Of a stretch of DNA of 64,000 nucleotides, positions 1-9,857 are shown one piece after another. Under the pieces are notes generated by a model, which saw only the letters and a program-made list of their open reading frames with translations, searched no databases and was not told the origin of the DNA. Source of the stretch: Geopsychrobacteraceae bacterium (GTDB lineage Bacteria > Desulfobacterota > Desulfuromonadia > Desulfuromonadales > Geopsychrobacteraceae); NCBI GenBank assembly GCA_963676795.2, contig CAXXTB010000002.1:2304001-2368000 (forward strand). The letters are read 5' to 3'. Within the stretch, counting starts at the first letter, position 1; every line of letters begins with the position of its first letter. The position numbers and the translations under genes are program-made.

Positions 1-594
1 GACTCCATCGAAGGAAATACCCTGATCGTCACCCTCCCCTATGGAGCGAATGCCGTCGATCACTACCCCTTCAAGGAAGGGCTGAATTTCGCCATATCGA
101 CAGAAGCCCTGGGCCTGGGAATCCGCACAACCGGCGACTTCAGCCGTAAAATTGCCGGAGACAGGTTCTCCATCATCCTGACCGGAACCATGCAGATGTT
201 CCAGCGCCGGGCCTGCCCGCGCCTTGACTGTCAACTCGGAATCCGTTTCAGCCGCGCAGCCAAGACCCTGCAAACCATGCGTGAAATCTGGCAACGCAAC
301 ATGGATGTCCTCTACAGCCCTGAAGCACCGCTGATCTTCGAAGGCTTCAAACAGACAAAGGTCAATATCAGCTCCGGCGGACTGCGCCTGTCGGTTAAAC
401 CTCCGGCCAATCAGGACGAACTCTGCCTGGTGCTGATCAATCTGGATGACGGCAAACCGCCAATCTGCACAATTGCCGAAATCGTCTGGTCCTGTACGCA
501 GAACGAAAATTCGGTCACGGTCGGAATGCGTTTTATCAATATCCTGAGCGAGGATCAGCTGAGAATTGAACGATTCATTCGTGAAAAAGTTTAA
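1..594 (+). CDS. PilZ-domain (c-di-GMP-binding) protein, 5' truncated by window edge
   Basis: Frame 1 is open from base 1 to the stop at 594; carries RxxxR (QRRACPR) and NxSxGG (NISSGG) motifs and a C-terminal GMRF strand. Confidence 0.8.
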   Translation, partial: DSIEGNTLIVTLPYGANAVDHYPFKEGLNFAISTEALGLGIRTTGDFSRKIAGDRFSIILTGTMQMFQRRACPRLDCQLGIRFSRAAKTLQTMREIWQRNMDVLYSPEAPLIFEGFKQTKVNISSGGLRLSVKPPANQDELCLVLINLDDGKPPICTIAEIVWSCTQNENSVTVGMRFINILSEDQLRIERFIREKV

Positions 595-710
595 TCAGAA
601 GAGTTCAACAATCAACATGTTCTCAGCTTGTATCGCTGAACAATCTGCGCTATAAATTTGAGCAACCGGTCTGAAACAACCAACCACGAACCGACTCAGG
701 ATACGACTCT

Positions 711-1490
711 ATGTTACAGGTTTCCGAAGCTGAAGTTTTTCGCGCCTGCCGCACCCTTTTTGGTCCGGAACTTCAGCTCAACAGAGATTTTTTGAGTTAC
801 CTGCAACCGGATGGCGTTCGCTCTGCTTACCGTAAAAAAGCCAAAGTCATACACCCGGACAAATTCTCAATTGCGGCTGCAGATGTTCAGGCCCGCCAGC
901 AGCGACTCTTTCAGGATCTGAATCAGGCCCACCAGACGGTTCTTGATTACCTGAAGCAACGCCAGCTGTTCAAACGTAGCACAACCAGCTATAGAAGCAG
1001 TACGCATGTTTCGCCCCAGAGCACGCAGCGCCACGAACCGCCTAATGCTCAACGTTCCGAACCGCCAAAGGGCTACCGCCAGACCGGGCCGCTGCCGGCA
1101 AGACCTCTCCAGCTGGGACTGTTCCTCTATTACCAGGGAATCATCACCTTTAAATCGATGATCAATGCCATAACCTGGCAACGCGGTCAACGCCCTAATC
1201 TTGGCGATATTGCCATTCGCTGGGGATGGCTGAACAGCGATCAGGTTCGCCAGGTCATCTTCCATCGCGGCGGCTACATGCGCTTCGGGGAAAAGGCGGT
1301 CAGCCTTGGCATGCTGAACGTAACCCAGGTTCGCACCCTGGTGTTCTATCAACGTTCCCTGCAAAAAAAATTCGGGCAATATTTTATCGAAGAGGGGATC
1401 TTTGATGAAGCGACCCTGAATCACTACCTGCAGCAACTGGCGGAACATAACCTCAAGTTCCGCCAACAGGGAAGTGGTCTGTTCTATTAG
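711..1490 (+). CDS. J-domain (DnaJ-like) protein with four C-terminal MshEN-like repeats
   Basis: VRSAYRKKAKVIHPDK J-domain motif; four 24-aa xLG/xFG..G repeats at 28-29 aa spacing. Confidence 0.75.
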   Translation: MLQVSEAEVFRACRTLFGPELQLNRDFLSYLQPDGVRSAYRKKAKVIHPDKFSIAAADVQARQQRLFQDLNQAHQTVLDYLKQRQLFKRSTTSYRSSTHVSPQSTQRHEPPNAQRSEPPKGYRQTGPLPARPLQLGLFLYYQGIITFKSMINAITWQRGQRPNLGDIAIRWGWLNSDQVRQVIFHRGGYMRFGEKAVSLGMLNVTQVRTLVFYQRSLQKKFGQYFIEEGIFDEATLNHYLQQLAEHNLKFRQQGSGLFY

Positions 1491-1546
1491 CATCGCACTT
1501 CCTGCCTCTTTTTATTTTTATTTTCACATAAGCAACAGGAGTTACT

Positions 1547-2716
1547 ATGGGATTTCTGGCCTCAACCGCCAGCATCAGCTATTTTCAGGTGTCAGGCGCC
1601 ATCGAGATAACCAACAAGCGCAGCGAACTTCCGGAAAAACTGGAAGCGGACGCCTTTCATTCGATTGAAAACAGCAGTGAAGAGTTATCGACAGGCTGGG
1701 TCCGCATGGACGACTACGATTCGAGCGAATTCTCGGCCGTAGAATACTGCTGGCGGGACCACTACCTCTGTTTTACCCTGCGCCAGGACCGCAGAAGAGT
1801 ACCGGCGGCGCTGCTGAAACGGGAAATCGGCCGCATGTCGGATGCATTCCTGGCTCAGAGGCCGGAACTGAAATTTGTCCCCAAGGCGGAAAAGGAAGAG
1901 ATTCGCGAACGGGCCAGAAACCTGCTGATGGTCAGAACCCTGCCCTCACCATCCTTCTATGATGTGATCTGGGATACCGATCAGAACCTGATCCGCTTCT
2001 GTTCTTTGGGGCAGTCGGTCATCGACAGCTTTCAGGGACTGTTTCACCAGACCTTTCCCGGCTTGCGCCTGTCACTCGTGCATCCGCTGTCACGCGCAGC
2101 CCAGGTCCTTCCCGACAACCTGAAAGAGGTTCTGGAAGAAGCCAATCAGGCCCAGACCGACAGCGTCCTCGAACAGATCGAGGCCAATCGCTGGCTCGGC
2201 AATGATTTCCTGCTCTGGCTCTTTTACCGAACCCTCAACGGTGATTCCGGCTACAAGATCAACGTCTCGGGTCCACTGCTTGAGAATCAGCCCTTTACCG
2301 CCTATATCGACAATCGCCTGGTGCTGATCGGCGGCGGTCAGGAAGGTATCCAGAAGATCGTTGTCGCCGGCCCCCAGGATCATTACCTGGAGGTCAAGGC
2401 GGCTCTCGGTCAGGGCAAGCAGATCGAAGAAGCCAGTATCTTCTTCGTTCAGGGCGAGGATGACGGCTGGAAGCTGACCCTTAAAGGAGAACGCTTTCAG
2501 TTCGGCAGCTATAAAACGCCGATGATCAAACCTGAGAAGGATCCCAGCGACAATCCGGAAGCTGAAGCTCAGGCCGCATTTCTGACCAAACTGGCTTCGG
2601 TTGAAGAAGGGGAACAGATGCTCAACAGCCTGCTGAAGACCTTCATGACCCTGCGCCTGGGCCAGGAATGGAGTAGCGAGTATGCAGCCATTCAGCAATG
2701 GATCAACAACGAGTAA
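1547..2716 (+). CDS. rdgC: Recombination-associated protein RdgC family (long deltaproteobacterial form)
   Basis: S(T)GWV motif, LRQDRRRVPAALLKRE, K.E.RE.A...L..R.LP.P, and F.LTLKG in the second half. Confidence 0.7.
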   Translation: MGFLASTASISYFQVSGAIEITNKRSELPEKLEADAFHSIENSSEELSTGWVRMDDYDSSEFSAVEYCWRDHYLCFTLRQDRRRVPAALLKREIGRMSDAFLAQRPELKFVPKAEKEEIRERARNLLMVRTLPSPSFYDVIWDTDQNLIRFCSLGQSVIDSFQGLFHQTFPGLRLSLVHPLSRAAQVLPDNLKEVLEEANQAQTDSVLEQIEANRWLGNDFLLWLFYRTLNGDSGYKINVSGPLLENQPFTAYIDNRLVLIGGGQEGIQKIVVAGPQDHYLEVKAALGQGKQIEEASIFFVQGEDDGWKLTLKGERFQFGSYKTPMIKPEKDPSDNPEAEAQAAFLTKLASVEEGEQMLNSLLKTFMTLRLGQEWSSEYAAIQQWINNE

Positions 2717-2743
2717 CCTTCTGACGCTAAAACAATCTCTCAC

Positions 2744-2771
2744 ATGGCCGGACCTTCCGGCCATTTTATTT
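2744..2771 (+). terminator. Intrinsic terminator after rdgC
   Basis: ATGGCCGGA-cct-TCCGGCCAT stem followed by TTTATTT. Confidence 0.6.
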
Positions 2772-2822
2772 ATTCAGACAGGTAACTGTGCTAGATTCAT
2801 GAAAACAACCATGAGGTCATGA

Positions 2823-4943
2823 ATGAGATTCCGCGCGCGCCTGCTCATACTACTGCTGATTACCGCCCTGGTTCCGTTGAGCCTGAGTTTCATGTCACAG
2901 CGCAGCGCCGTCATCCGCTTCGGCAACAGGCTGGCCGGTGACACCCGGGAGCTGCTGAACAACGGCGCGGTCGACCTGCTCCACGCTCTGGTCGATGACT
3001 ATGCCCGCATTCTCGAACGGGATCGCAGCATCGCCATGCTGGCCCTTCAGGCCCAGGCTCAGGCGGTTGAAAACCGGCTTTCGTCATCCCGCCCCCCTGC
3101 AGATTCAGTTTTTTATCTGGCCAGTGATTTTTCAAACCCTGCCCGTCAGCCGCATGATCTCACCCCATCATACAAACATCAGCGCCCACGGAACGACGGC
3201 AGCTTCGAACCGATTCCCGTTTCCTACTCACAGCAGGTTGTATTCCTGACCCGCGGCACACAACTTGAGGAGGTCAAACAGCAGGTGATGCAGCTCAGCT
3301 CGATGAGCCGGATCTACCACGACCTTCATCAGATTCAGCCGGAGTTGTTCCTCTGGCAGTACTCAGCGCTCGGCAGCGGTGTTCATTTCAGCTATCCGGG
3401 CAAGGGGGGCTATCCGCAAGACTACGATCCGCGCAAGCGGGAATGGTACCTCAAAGCCGTCATCCACGACGCTCCCGTGCAGCAGATGATCAACGATCTT
3501 ACCACCAGGGCGCTTATTTTAACCCTGGCCATGCCGGTTCATCTACCAGGAGGCAGAATCGCCGGGGTCACGGCTATCGACATCGACTACCGACAGTTCT
3601 TCAGAGACTGGAGCATCCCTTCGGAATGGGCGGATACCGCTGAAAGCATGATCCTGACCTATGACGGAAAAGCGCCTGACGATGGACACAAGCTGGAGAT
3701 TTTGCTGCGTTCGAGCCAGAATCGCGTCACCGACTGGCAAGCGCCGGTCGAACACAATTACCTGGATCTGAGCGACCCGGCGCTGAATGAGGTCAAACGG
3801 GACATCGGCAATGGAACGTCCGCTGTGCGCAGATTGACCTACCGTGGTCAGGACGTACTGATGGCATACGGAGTCCGCAACGGAACCAATCCATTTCCCC
3901 TCGTCATCGTCCCTTACCAGCGGATTCTTGATCGTGCCGACGACGCCGAGCTCTATATCAACAGTCAGATGACTCAAGGGCTGAGGACCAGTGCGCTGCT
4001 GACCGTCGTCGTGGTCCTGGCGGCCATCATCCTGGCCTTCATCCGCTCTCGCCGGGTCACCCGCCCCCTCGCCCAGCTGACTGAAGCCGCCGAAAATCTT
4101 TCCACCGGGGATTTCGACACCAAGGTCAGGATTGAATCTCAGGATGAATTTGCCGATCTTGGCCAGGTGTTCAACCAGCTTGGCGAGCGGCTCAAGGAAC
4201 GTAATCAGCTGAAACAGTCGCTGGCGCTGGCCAAAGAGATCCAGCAGCAGCTGCTGCCACAGGACATTCCCCTCTGCCCCGGTTTCGAACTGACGGGACG
4301 CAGCATCTACTGCGACGAAACGGGCGGCGACTATTACGACTTTATCCAGCTCAACAATGCAGACCGACAGCGGATCGGCATTGCCGTCGGAGATGTATCG
4401 GGACACGGTATCGGTCCAGCCCTGGTCATGGCGACAACCAGGGGGGCCCTGCATACCCTTTCGGATCACCATAGCAACGATCTGAACAAACTGTTCTGCG
4501 ACCTGAACCGTCACCTCTGCCGCAGCACGTCCGATGCCTTTTTCATGACCCTGTTCTACGCGATCCTGACGCCCGCAACCGGGACCGTCCAATGGCTCTC
4601 AGCTGGGCACGCGCCGATCTTCCTCTACCAGCAGGGCAAGATTCACCAACTTCAGAGTTCCGGCATTCCACTTGGGATCATATGTCCGACAGATTTTGAA
4701 AAGACGCAAGAGATTGTTATGAGATCGGGAGACCTCCTGCTGATCGGAACCGATGGCATCTGGGAAACAACCAACAGCCACGGAGAGATGTTCGGCACGG
4801 ACGGCCTGGCACGCCTGATCAGACACAATGCACAGCTCTCGGCTGACGCCCTCGCCACCCTGATCATCGACAACCTGAACCAATTCAAAGAAAGCGAGTC
4901 TCAAACCGATGACGTCACACTGGTTATCCTCAAAGCGCTCTGA
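2823..4943 (+). CDS. Membrane sensor PP2C/SpoIIE (RsbU-like) phosphatase with Cache and HAMP domains
   Basis: Two TM segments, YDPRKREWY Cache motif, HAMP (DEFADLGQVFNQL), GGDYYD, GDVSGHG, TDGIWE, DDVTLV. Confidence 0.9.
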   Translation: MRFRARLLILLLITALVPLSLSFMSQRSAVIRFGNRLAGDTRELLNNGAVDLLHALVDDYARILERDRSIAMLALQAQAQAVENRLSSSRPPADSVFYLASDFSNPARQPHDLTPSYKHQRPRNDGSFEPIPVSYSQQVVFLTRGTQLEEVKQQVMQLSSMSRIYHDLHQIQPELFLWQYSALGSGVHFSYPGKGGYPQDYDPRKREWYLKAVIHDAPVQQMINDLTTRALILTLAMPVHLPGGRIAGVTAIDIDYRQFFRDWSIPSEWADTAESMILTYDGKAPDDGHKLEILLRSSQNRVTDWQAPVEHNYLDLSDPALNEVKRDIGNGTSAVRRLTYRGQDVLMAYGVRNGTNPFPLVIVPYQRILDRADDAELYINSQMTQGLRTSALLTVVVVLAAIILAFIRSRRVTRPLAQLTEAAENLSTGDFDTKVRIESQDEFADLGQVFNQLGERLKERNQLKQSLALAKEIQQQLLPQDIPLCPGFELTGRSIYCDETGGDYYDFIQLNNADRQRIGIAVGDVSGHGIGPALVMATTRGALHTLSDHHSNDLNKLFCDLNRHLCRSTSDAFFMTLFYAILTPATGTVQWLSAGHAPIFLYQQGKIHQLQSSGIPLGIICPTDFEKTQEIVMRSGDLLLIGTDGIWETTNSHGEMFGTDGLARLIRHNAQLSADALATLIIDNLNQFKESESQTDDVTLVILKAL

Positions 4944-6195
4944 CTTTGACAAACAGGCAAAGAACACTAGCGGTCAGGCTGCCAGACTTATACGTCCGCT
5001 GCTGATAACGACACTGCTGCTGATTCTGACAATCTCATCCTCAACGGCGGCTGACCTGATAGTATTTGCGACTTTCCCCCAGGAAATGACAGCGGGAGAC
5101 ACTGTCGAGATCCCCGTTTATTTCATCAACCAGAGTCCTCAGGAGCTCGACATTCTCGTTCCCAGAGAACTCAGGGCGCAGCTGAATAATGATGCCAAAA
5201 CACCGCAACCACTTACCATGGTTTCAAGCGACCAGGTGGATGTCAGCGTCACAATTCCTGCCCACCAGTTCTATCAGAAAACCTACCAGAGCAGCATTCC
5301 CCTCTCCCTGCAGGGGCGGTACAGCTACATCCTCTCAGGTTACCCGACCACCAACGGTACTGTTTCGATCAGCTTACCGGAAATGTCGACAACACCAGGG
5401 ATTGCCAACGCCCAAGGGGGAAAACGCAAGGAGACCTACCCAACCCTGGAGAATCTCGAACTACTCTATCAGACCTACGCTACCAATCTGTCACTTTACC
5501 GGCCGATCTATTTTCTGGTCGGAACAGATCCGGCGAAAAGCAAATATCAGATCAGCCTCAAATACCGGCTGCTCAATCCGAACGGAACCCTGACCGAAAA
5601 ACACCCTTGGCTTCAGGGCTTCCACATCGGCTATACCCAGACCTCGTTCTGGGATCTGGTCGCCTATTCACAGCCCTTTGACGATACCAGCTATAAGCCG
5701 GAACTGTTCTTCCAGAGCAGCAACGTAACATTGCGTCCGAACTGGATGGATGCCCTGTTTCTGCAGGCGGGATTTCAGCATGAATCGAATGGCCAGGGGG
5801 GCGACACCTCGCGTAGCACCAACTATTTTTACTTTGAGCCCTCGATGGTTTTCTACAACCCCTCAAACCAGCTGGGAATGATGTTGACTCCGCGCGTTTT
5901 TTATTACTACAACAATGACGACACGACCAATCGCGGTTTTTACAAGTACCGAGGCAACCTCGAACTGGAAACAAAGATCGGTAAAGCCAACGATCTGACC
6001 CTGACAACCTTACTGCGCTTTGCCGAAAAAGGGACGTCTTTTCAGGCGGACCTGACCTACCCAATCCACCGGCTGCTTAAAAACAACCTCGATCTCTATC
6101 TGCAGATCCAGTACACCAACAGCCTGGCGGAAAGTATGCTCCACTACACTGAACGGACCGAAGCAGTGCGGATCGGCATCGCCCTGGTGCGCTGA
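4909..6195 (+). CDS. pldA: Outer-membrane phospholipase A1 (OMPLA) with N-terminal extra domain; start codon uncertain
   Basis: KYQISLK, YTQTSFW, PF.DTSYKPE and HESNG..SRS catalytic motif; signal-peptide-like stretch. Confidence 0.8.
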   Translation: MTSHWLSSKRSDFDKQAKNTSGQAARLIRPLLITTLLLILTISSSTAADLIVFATFPQEMTAGDTVEIPVYFINQSPQELDILVPRELRAQLNNDAKTPQPLTMVSSDQVDVSVTIPAHQFYQKTYQSSIPLSLQGRYSYILSGYPTTNGTVSISLPEMSTTPGIANAQGGKRKETYPTLENLELLYQTYATNLSLYRPIYFLVGTDPAKSKYQISLKYRLLNPNGTLTEKHPWLQGFHIGYTQTSFWDLVAYSQPFDDTSYKPELFFQSSNVTLRPNWMDALFLQAGFQHESNGQGGDTSRSTNYFYFEPSMVFYNPSNQLGMMLTPRVFYYYNNDDTTNRGFYKYRGNLELETKIGKANDLTLTTLLRFAEKGTSFQADLTYPIHRLLKNNLDLYLQIQYTNSLAESMLHYTERTEAVRIGIALVR

Positions 6196-7142
6196 TCATC
6201 CGAGGCGGAAACCACCTCGATGGTGACATGATCGAGGTGCTGGAGCGATCTGATCTTCTCGCGGTAAGTCTCAACCTTTTCGGATTCTGAAGAGACCAGC
6301 GAAATGATCGCAGCGAAATGACCGGAACTGACGCGCCACAGATGGAGGTCGGTCACCCGGCACAGCCCATCGGCTTCCAGCAGTGAACGAATTCCCTCCG
6401 CAAGCTCCGGCAGAGGATTACGATCGAGCAGTATGCCGCTGGTATCGCGCATCAATCCGTATGCCCAACGGACGATCACCAGGGCACCGACGATCCCCAT
6501 CAGCGGATCGAGCCAACCCAGACCGAAATACTTTCCGGCCAGCAATGCGACAATCGCCAGCAGTGAGGTCAATGCGTCAGCAATGACGTGCATGTAAGCC
6601 GCACGCAGGTTGTGATCGTGATGATGATCGTGATGATGATGGTGGTGATGACTGTGGTCGTGGTCATGTACATGGTGAGCGTGACCATGTTCGTGGTCTC
6701 CGGAACCATGCAGCAACCAGGCGCTGAACAGGTTGACGACCAGGCCGATAACGGCAACCAGCAAGGCTTCGTTGAAGCGGATCTGCGCAGGGGACAACAG
6801 TCGCTCGAAGGATTCGACAACCATCAGCAGCGCGACAATACCGAGCACGATGGCACTGGTATAACCTCCCAGAACACCGACCTTGCCGGTGCCGAAACTG
6901 TAGCTGTTGTCGTTAGCATGAACTCGCGAGTAGTAGTAGGCAAACGCGGTAATACCGAGAGCGAAAAAGTGCGTTCCCATATGCCAGCCATCGGCGAGCA
7001 GAGCCATGGAGCCGAACAGCCAGCCGCAGACAACCTCGATGATCATCATCACCAGAGTCAGCCAGATGACCCGGTAGGTGTTGCGTTCCGCAATCGGATT
7101 GTGCTGATGGAAATGATGGGTATGTGTTTCCTGGTTTGACAT
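6144..7142 (-). CDS. dmeF: CDF-family Co/Ni/Zn efflux transporter (DmeF-like) with His-rich loop
   Basis: SMALLADGWHM, FGTGKV, poly-His loop, NLRAAYMHVIADALTS, DLHLW. Confidence 0.85.
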   Translation of the reverse strand: MSNQETHTHHFHQHNPIAERNTYRVIWLTLVMMIIEVVCGWLFGSMALLADGWHMGTHFFALGITAFAYYYSRVHANDNSYSFGTGKVGVLGGYTSAIVLGIVALLMVVESFERLLSPAQIRFNEALLVAVIGLVVNLFSAWLLHGSGDHEHGHAHHVHDHDHSHHHHHHHDHHHDHNLRAAYMHVIADALTSLLAIVALLAGKYFGLGWLDPLMGIVGALVIVRWAYGLMRDTSGILLDRNPLPELAEGIRSLLEADGLCRVTDLHLWRVSSGHFAAIISLVSSESEKVETYREKIRSLQHLDHVTIEVVSASDDQRTRAMPIRTASVRSV

Positions 7143-7160
7143 AATCAGCTAACAACCTTT

Positions 7161-7573
7161 CTAAAACTGTTGAAGCAGACGCCTGAGCATCAGCCCCAGG
7201 GTTGAGATCTCTTCATCGTTAAAGGTGGCGGTCAGATCATCTGTCAGCAACTGATGCATCTGGGCATGCTCCTGAAAATACTCATCGCCCTGGGCGGTCA
7301 GCCCGATAACGTAAGAGCGACCGTCGGTCGGATGCTGCAGACGCTCAACCAGTTTCATCTGCTCAAGATGGGGATCATCACCGTCAAAGTTCCGGTGGTG
7401 ATCCCCATCTTGGCGGCCAGCTCCTTCATCCTCAGCTTCTGGTGATGGCCGATAATTTCAACAGCATGCATCTGCGCCGGCGACAGGCCACTTTTTTTGA
7501 CCACCTCATGTTCCCAGGATGAAATCTTGTCGTAAAGTTCGATAATCAGCTGAGACAGGTCTTCTGTTTTCAT
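7161..7573 (-). pseudogene. MarR-family regulator with a net 1-nt deletion near 7366-7373
   Basis: ORFs 7355..7573 (GLSPAQMH..MKELAAKMGITTGTLTVMI) and 7161..7358 (LEQMKLVER..DGRSY..LT..G) are the two halves of one winged helix; the span is 413 nt, one short of a codon multiple. Confidence 0.8.
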
Positions 7574-7587
7574 ACTCCCTCACATTT

Positions 7588-7633
7588 TAGTTTGATAATC
7601 AAACTATACAGACAAGAAACTTTGATTGTCAAA
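7588..7633. promoter_or_regulatory. Two palindromic operators upstream of marR-dmeF
   Basis: TAGTTTGAT-A-ATCAAACTA (7588-7606) and the related TTTGATTGTCAAA (7621-7633). Confidence 0.65.
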
Positions 7634-7667
7634 CAAAAATCACGAGAATAACAATCAAGAACTGTTT

Positions 7668-8348
7668 TCAGGAAAAATCAGGGGGTTCGAACTTGTAGCC
7701 GACACCATAGATAGAGTAGATAAGCTCGAGATCTGAAGCCGCTTCGGCCAGTTTACGGCGCAGTTTTTTAACATGACTGTCGATCGTTCGGTCTGAAACA
7801 ATCCGATCGTCAGGGTAGATATGATCCATAAGCTGCTGCCGGTTGTAGATTCTTCCCGGTGCGCTCATCAGCAACTGCATCAGTTTGAATTCCACCGCGG
7901 TCAGAACAACGTCCTGTTCACGGACCCGGATCTGGTAGGTTGCTTCATCCAGGGCAATCTCATGACCTTTGCTATCAACGTGCGCTACACTGCGGCGCAA
8001 CACGGTTTTGACCCGGGTGACAACCTCGCGCGGGCTGTACGGCTTACAGACGTAATCATCGGCCCCGAGCTCGAGACCGATAATGCGGTCGACCTCTTCG
8101 ATTCGGGCGGTCAGCATGATCACCGGCACCGCAGAAAAGCTACGTATCTCACGACAAATTTCCAGGCCGTCGCGGCCTGGCAGCATCAGGTCAAGCAGAA
8201 TCAGGACAGGGTTGACACGGCGAAACTGAGGCATAACCTGAAGACCGTCAGAGACAATGACGGTTTCAAATCCAGCCTGTTTCAGATAATCGTTCAACAC
8301 CCCGGCAAGCTTGGGTTCGTCCTCAACAATCAGTATGGTTCCCGGCAT
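7668..8348 (-). CDS. baeR: OmpR-family response regulator, BaeR-like
   Basis: VEDE, LLDLMLPG, GADDYVCKPYSPREV, VSDRTIDSHVKKLR, YGVGY. Confidence 0.85.
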   Translation of the reverse strand: MPGTILIVEDEPKLAGVLNDYLKQAGFETVIVSDGLQVMPQFRRVNPVLILLDLMLPGRDGLEICREIRSFSAVPVIMLTARIEEVDRIIGLELGADDYVCKPYSPREVVTRVKTVLRRSVAHVDSKGHEIALDEATYQIRVREQDVVLTAVEFKLMQLLMSAPGRIYNRQQLMDHIYPDDRIVSDRTIDSHVKKLRRKLAEAASDLELIYSIYGVGYKFEPPDFS

Positions 8349-8351
8349 TTT

Positions 8352-9857
8352 TTACCCCTGGATTCCGGTCAGCAGAGGAAAACGGATCTGCAGCCACAGA
8401 CCGCCCAAAGGAGAGGTCCGCGCGACAATTGTTCCCTGATGAGCTTCGACAATATTGCGGCAGATAGACAGTCCCAGGCCGCTGCCACCGGTCTGGCGAT
8501 TGCGCGAGGATTCGACGCGGTAGAGCCGCTCAAAGATACGATCCAGATCATCCTGGCTGACGCCGGGAAAACTATCCTGAAAATCGATTGAGACATAATG
8601 ACGAACGGCCGTCATGCTGACCCGGATTTTTCCGTAACAGTCCGTATATTTGAGGGTATTGTCGAGAATATTCCCGAATAGCTGACGCAGCCTGATTGCA
8701 TCTCCAAGAATGAAGCAGTCAGGACAAAAATGAGAATCAAGGATCATTTTGTGCTGCTCGAATTCATGCGCGTAAGCCGCCAGAGCATCTTCCAGCAACC
8801 TGCCAAGATCGATAGTCTCCTTGCGGTAATTCAAGGCACCGAGATCGGACATCGATAGTTGATAAAGATCGTCGACCAGGCGGCCAAGGCGCAAGGTCTC
8901 AGCCTGCAGCGAGTGCAGAGCAGCACTGTCAGGCTGACGAATCCCATCGATCAGGGCTTCGATCTCCCCTCTCAAAACACCGATCGGGGTTCTCAATTCA
9001 TGCGAGATATCGGCAACCCACTGTTTTCTGGCGTCTTCATTTTTTTCCAGCGTGAGTGCAAGCAGATTGAAATCATTAGCCAGCCGGGCCAATTCGTCCT
9101 GGCCCGAAATCTGTACCCGGGTCGAGAAATCACCTTTTGCCAGACGATGGGTTCCTGCCGCCAGCTTCCTGATCGGCCGGACCAGGCGTCTCGCCAATAA
9201 AAAGGAAAGCAACACGGCAAGTACGACAATAACCCCCGCTACCAGCGTATAGGTCAGCTCCTGCTGCTCGAGAAACAACAGGTGCCTATCATCAGTTATC
9301 TCTTTGACCGGTATGAAGCCAAGATATCCGACGCTTTGACCAGCTACGACCAGAGGGATACGCGTCACGGATGAAGACGATTCGACATCGCCGACAATAA
9401 GCCGTCCTGTGACATCAAATAAAAACAGGCGGGAGGGCATATCCTGGGCAATATGTGGCGGCAGCTTCTTATCCCGCCCCCCCGGGGTATCCGGAGGAGC
9501 ATTGCGAAACTGAGGCCCTGGCTGAGCCCGAGTTTGTCCCGGCGGGCCATTTACCGGCGGACCCTCTGACGGACCGCTGCCGGGCGGTCCAAACGAGAAG
9601 CCAACAGCCATAGCGCTGAAAACCAATCGGTTCCACGCCTGCGCGCTAGCCTGCAGGTGACTCCAGGACTGCTCCTCGGCATAATAATCCTGCAGCTGTT
9701 CTGACAGCCGCTCTATTCCTGCCAGCTCTGCCTCCCTGACAAATTTCAGGAAACCGCGGTTCAGGTTCCATTGCATAATCACCAGCAAGGCAACCACAGC
9801 CAGACAGGACGCCAGCAGAATGGCTCCAAACAATCGCTGAGAAATTCCTCTTTTCAC
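8352..9857 (-). CDS. baeS: Sensor histidine kinase, BaeS-like, with Pro/Gly-rich periplasmic insert
   Basis: Two TMs, HAMP, ADISHELRTP H-box, N box, FERLYRVESSRNR.TGGSGLGL. Confidence 0.85.
   Translation of the reverse strand: MKRGISQRLFGAILLASCLAVVALLVIMQWNLNRGFLKFVREAELAGIERLSEQLQDYYAEEQSWSHLQASAQAWNRLVFSAMAVGFSFGPPGSGPSEGPPVNGPPGQTRAQPGPQFRNAPPDTPGGRDKKLPPHIAQDMPSRLFLFDVTGRLIVGDVESSSSVTRIPLVVAGQSVGYLGFIPVKEITDDRHLLFLEQQELTYTLVAGVIVVLAVLLSFLLARRLVRPIRKLAAGTHRLAKGDFSTRVQISGQDELARLANDFNLLALTLEKNEDARKQWVADISHELRTPIGVLRGEIEALIDGIRQPDSAALHSLQAETLRLGRLVDDLYQLSMSDLGALNYRKETIDLGRLLEDALAAYAHEFEQHKMILDSHFCPDCFILGDAIRLRQLFGNILDNTLKYTDCYGKIRVSMTAVRHYVSIDFQDSFPGVSQDDLDRIFERLYRVESSRNRQTGGSGLGLSICRNIVEAHQGTIVARTSPLGGLWLQIRFPLLTGIQG

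Noticed and set aside
3543..4592. Long antisense ORFs here and at 20134..21153, 30267..31496, 54403..55398, 60899..61807 and 62700..63974
   Set aside because: Each overlaps a well-supported gene on the other strand; expected in GC-rich coding DNA
7355..7357. TGA in marR as selenocysteine or read-through
   Set aside because: The downstream half is in a different frame, so read-through would not restore the protein
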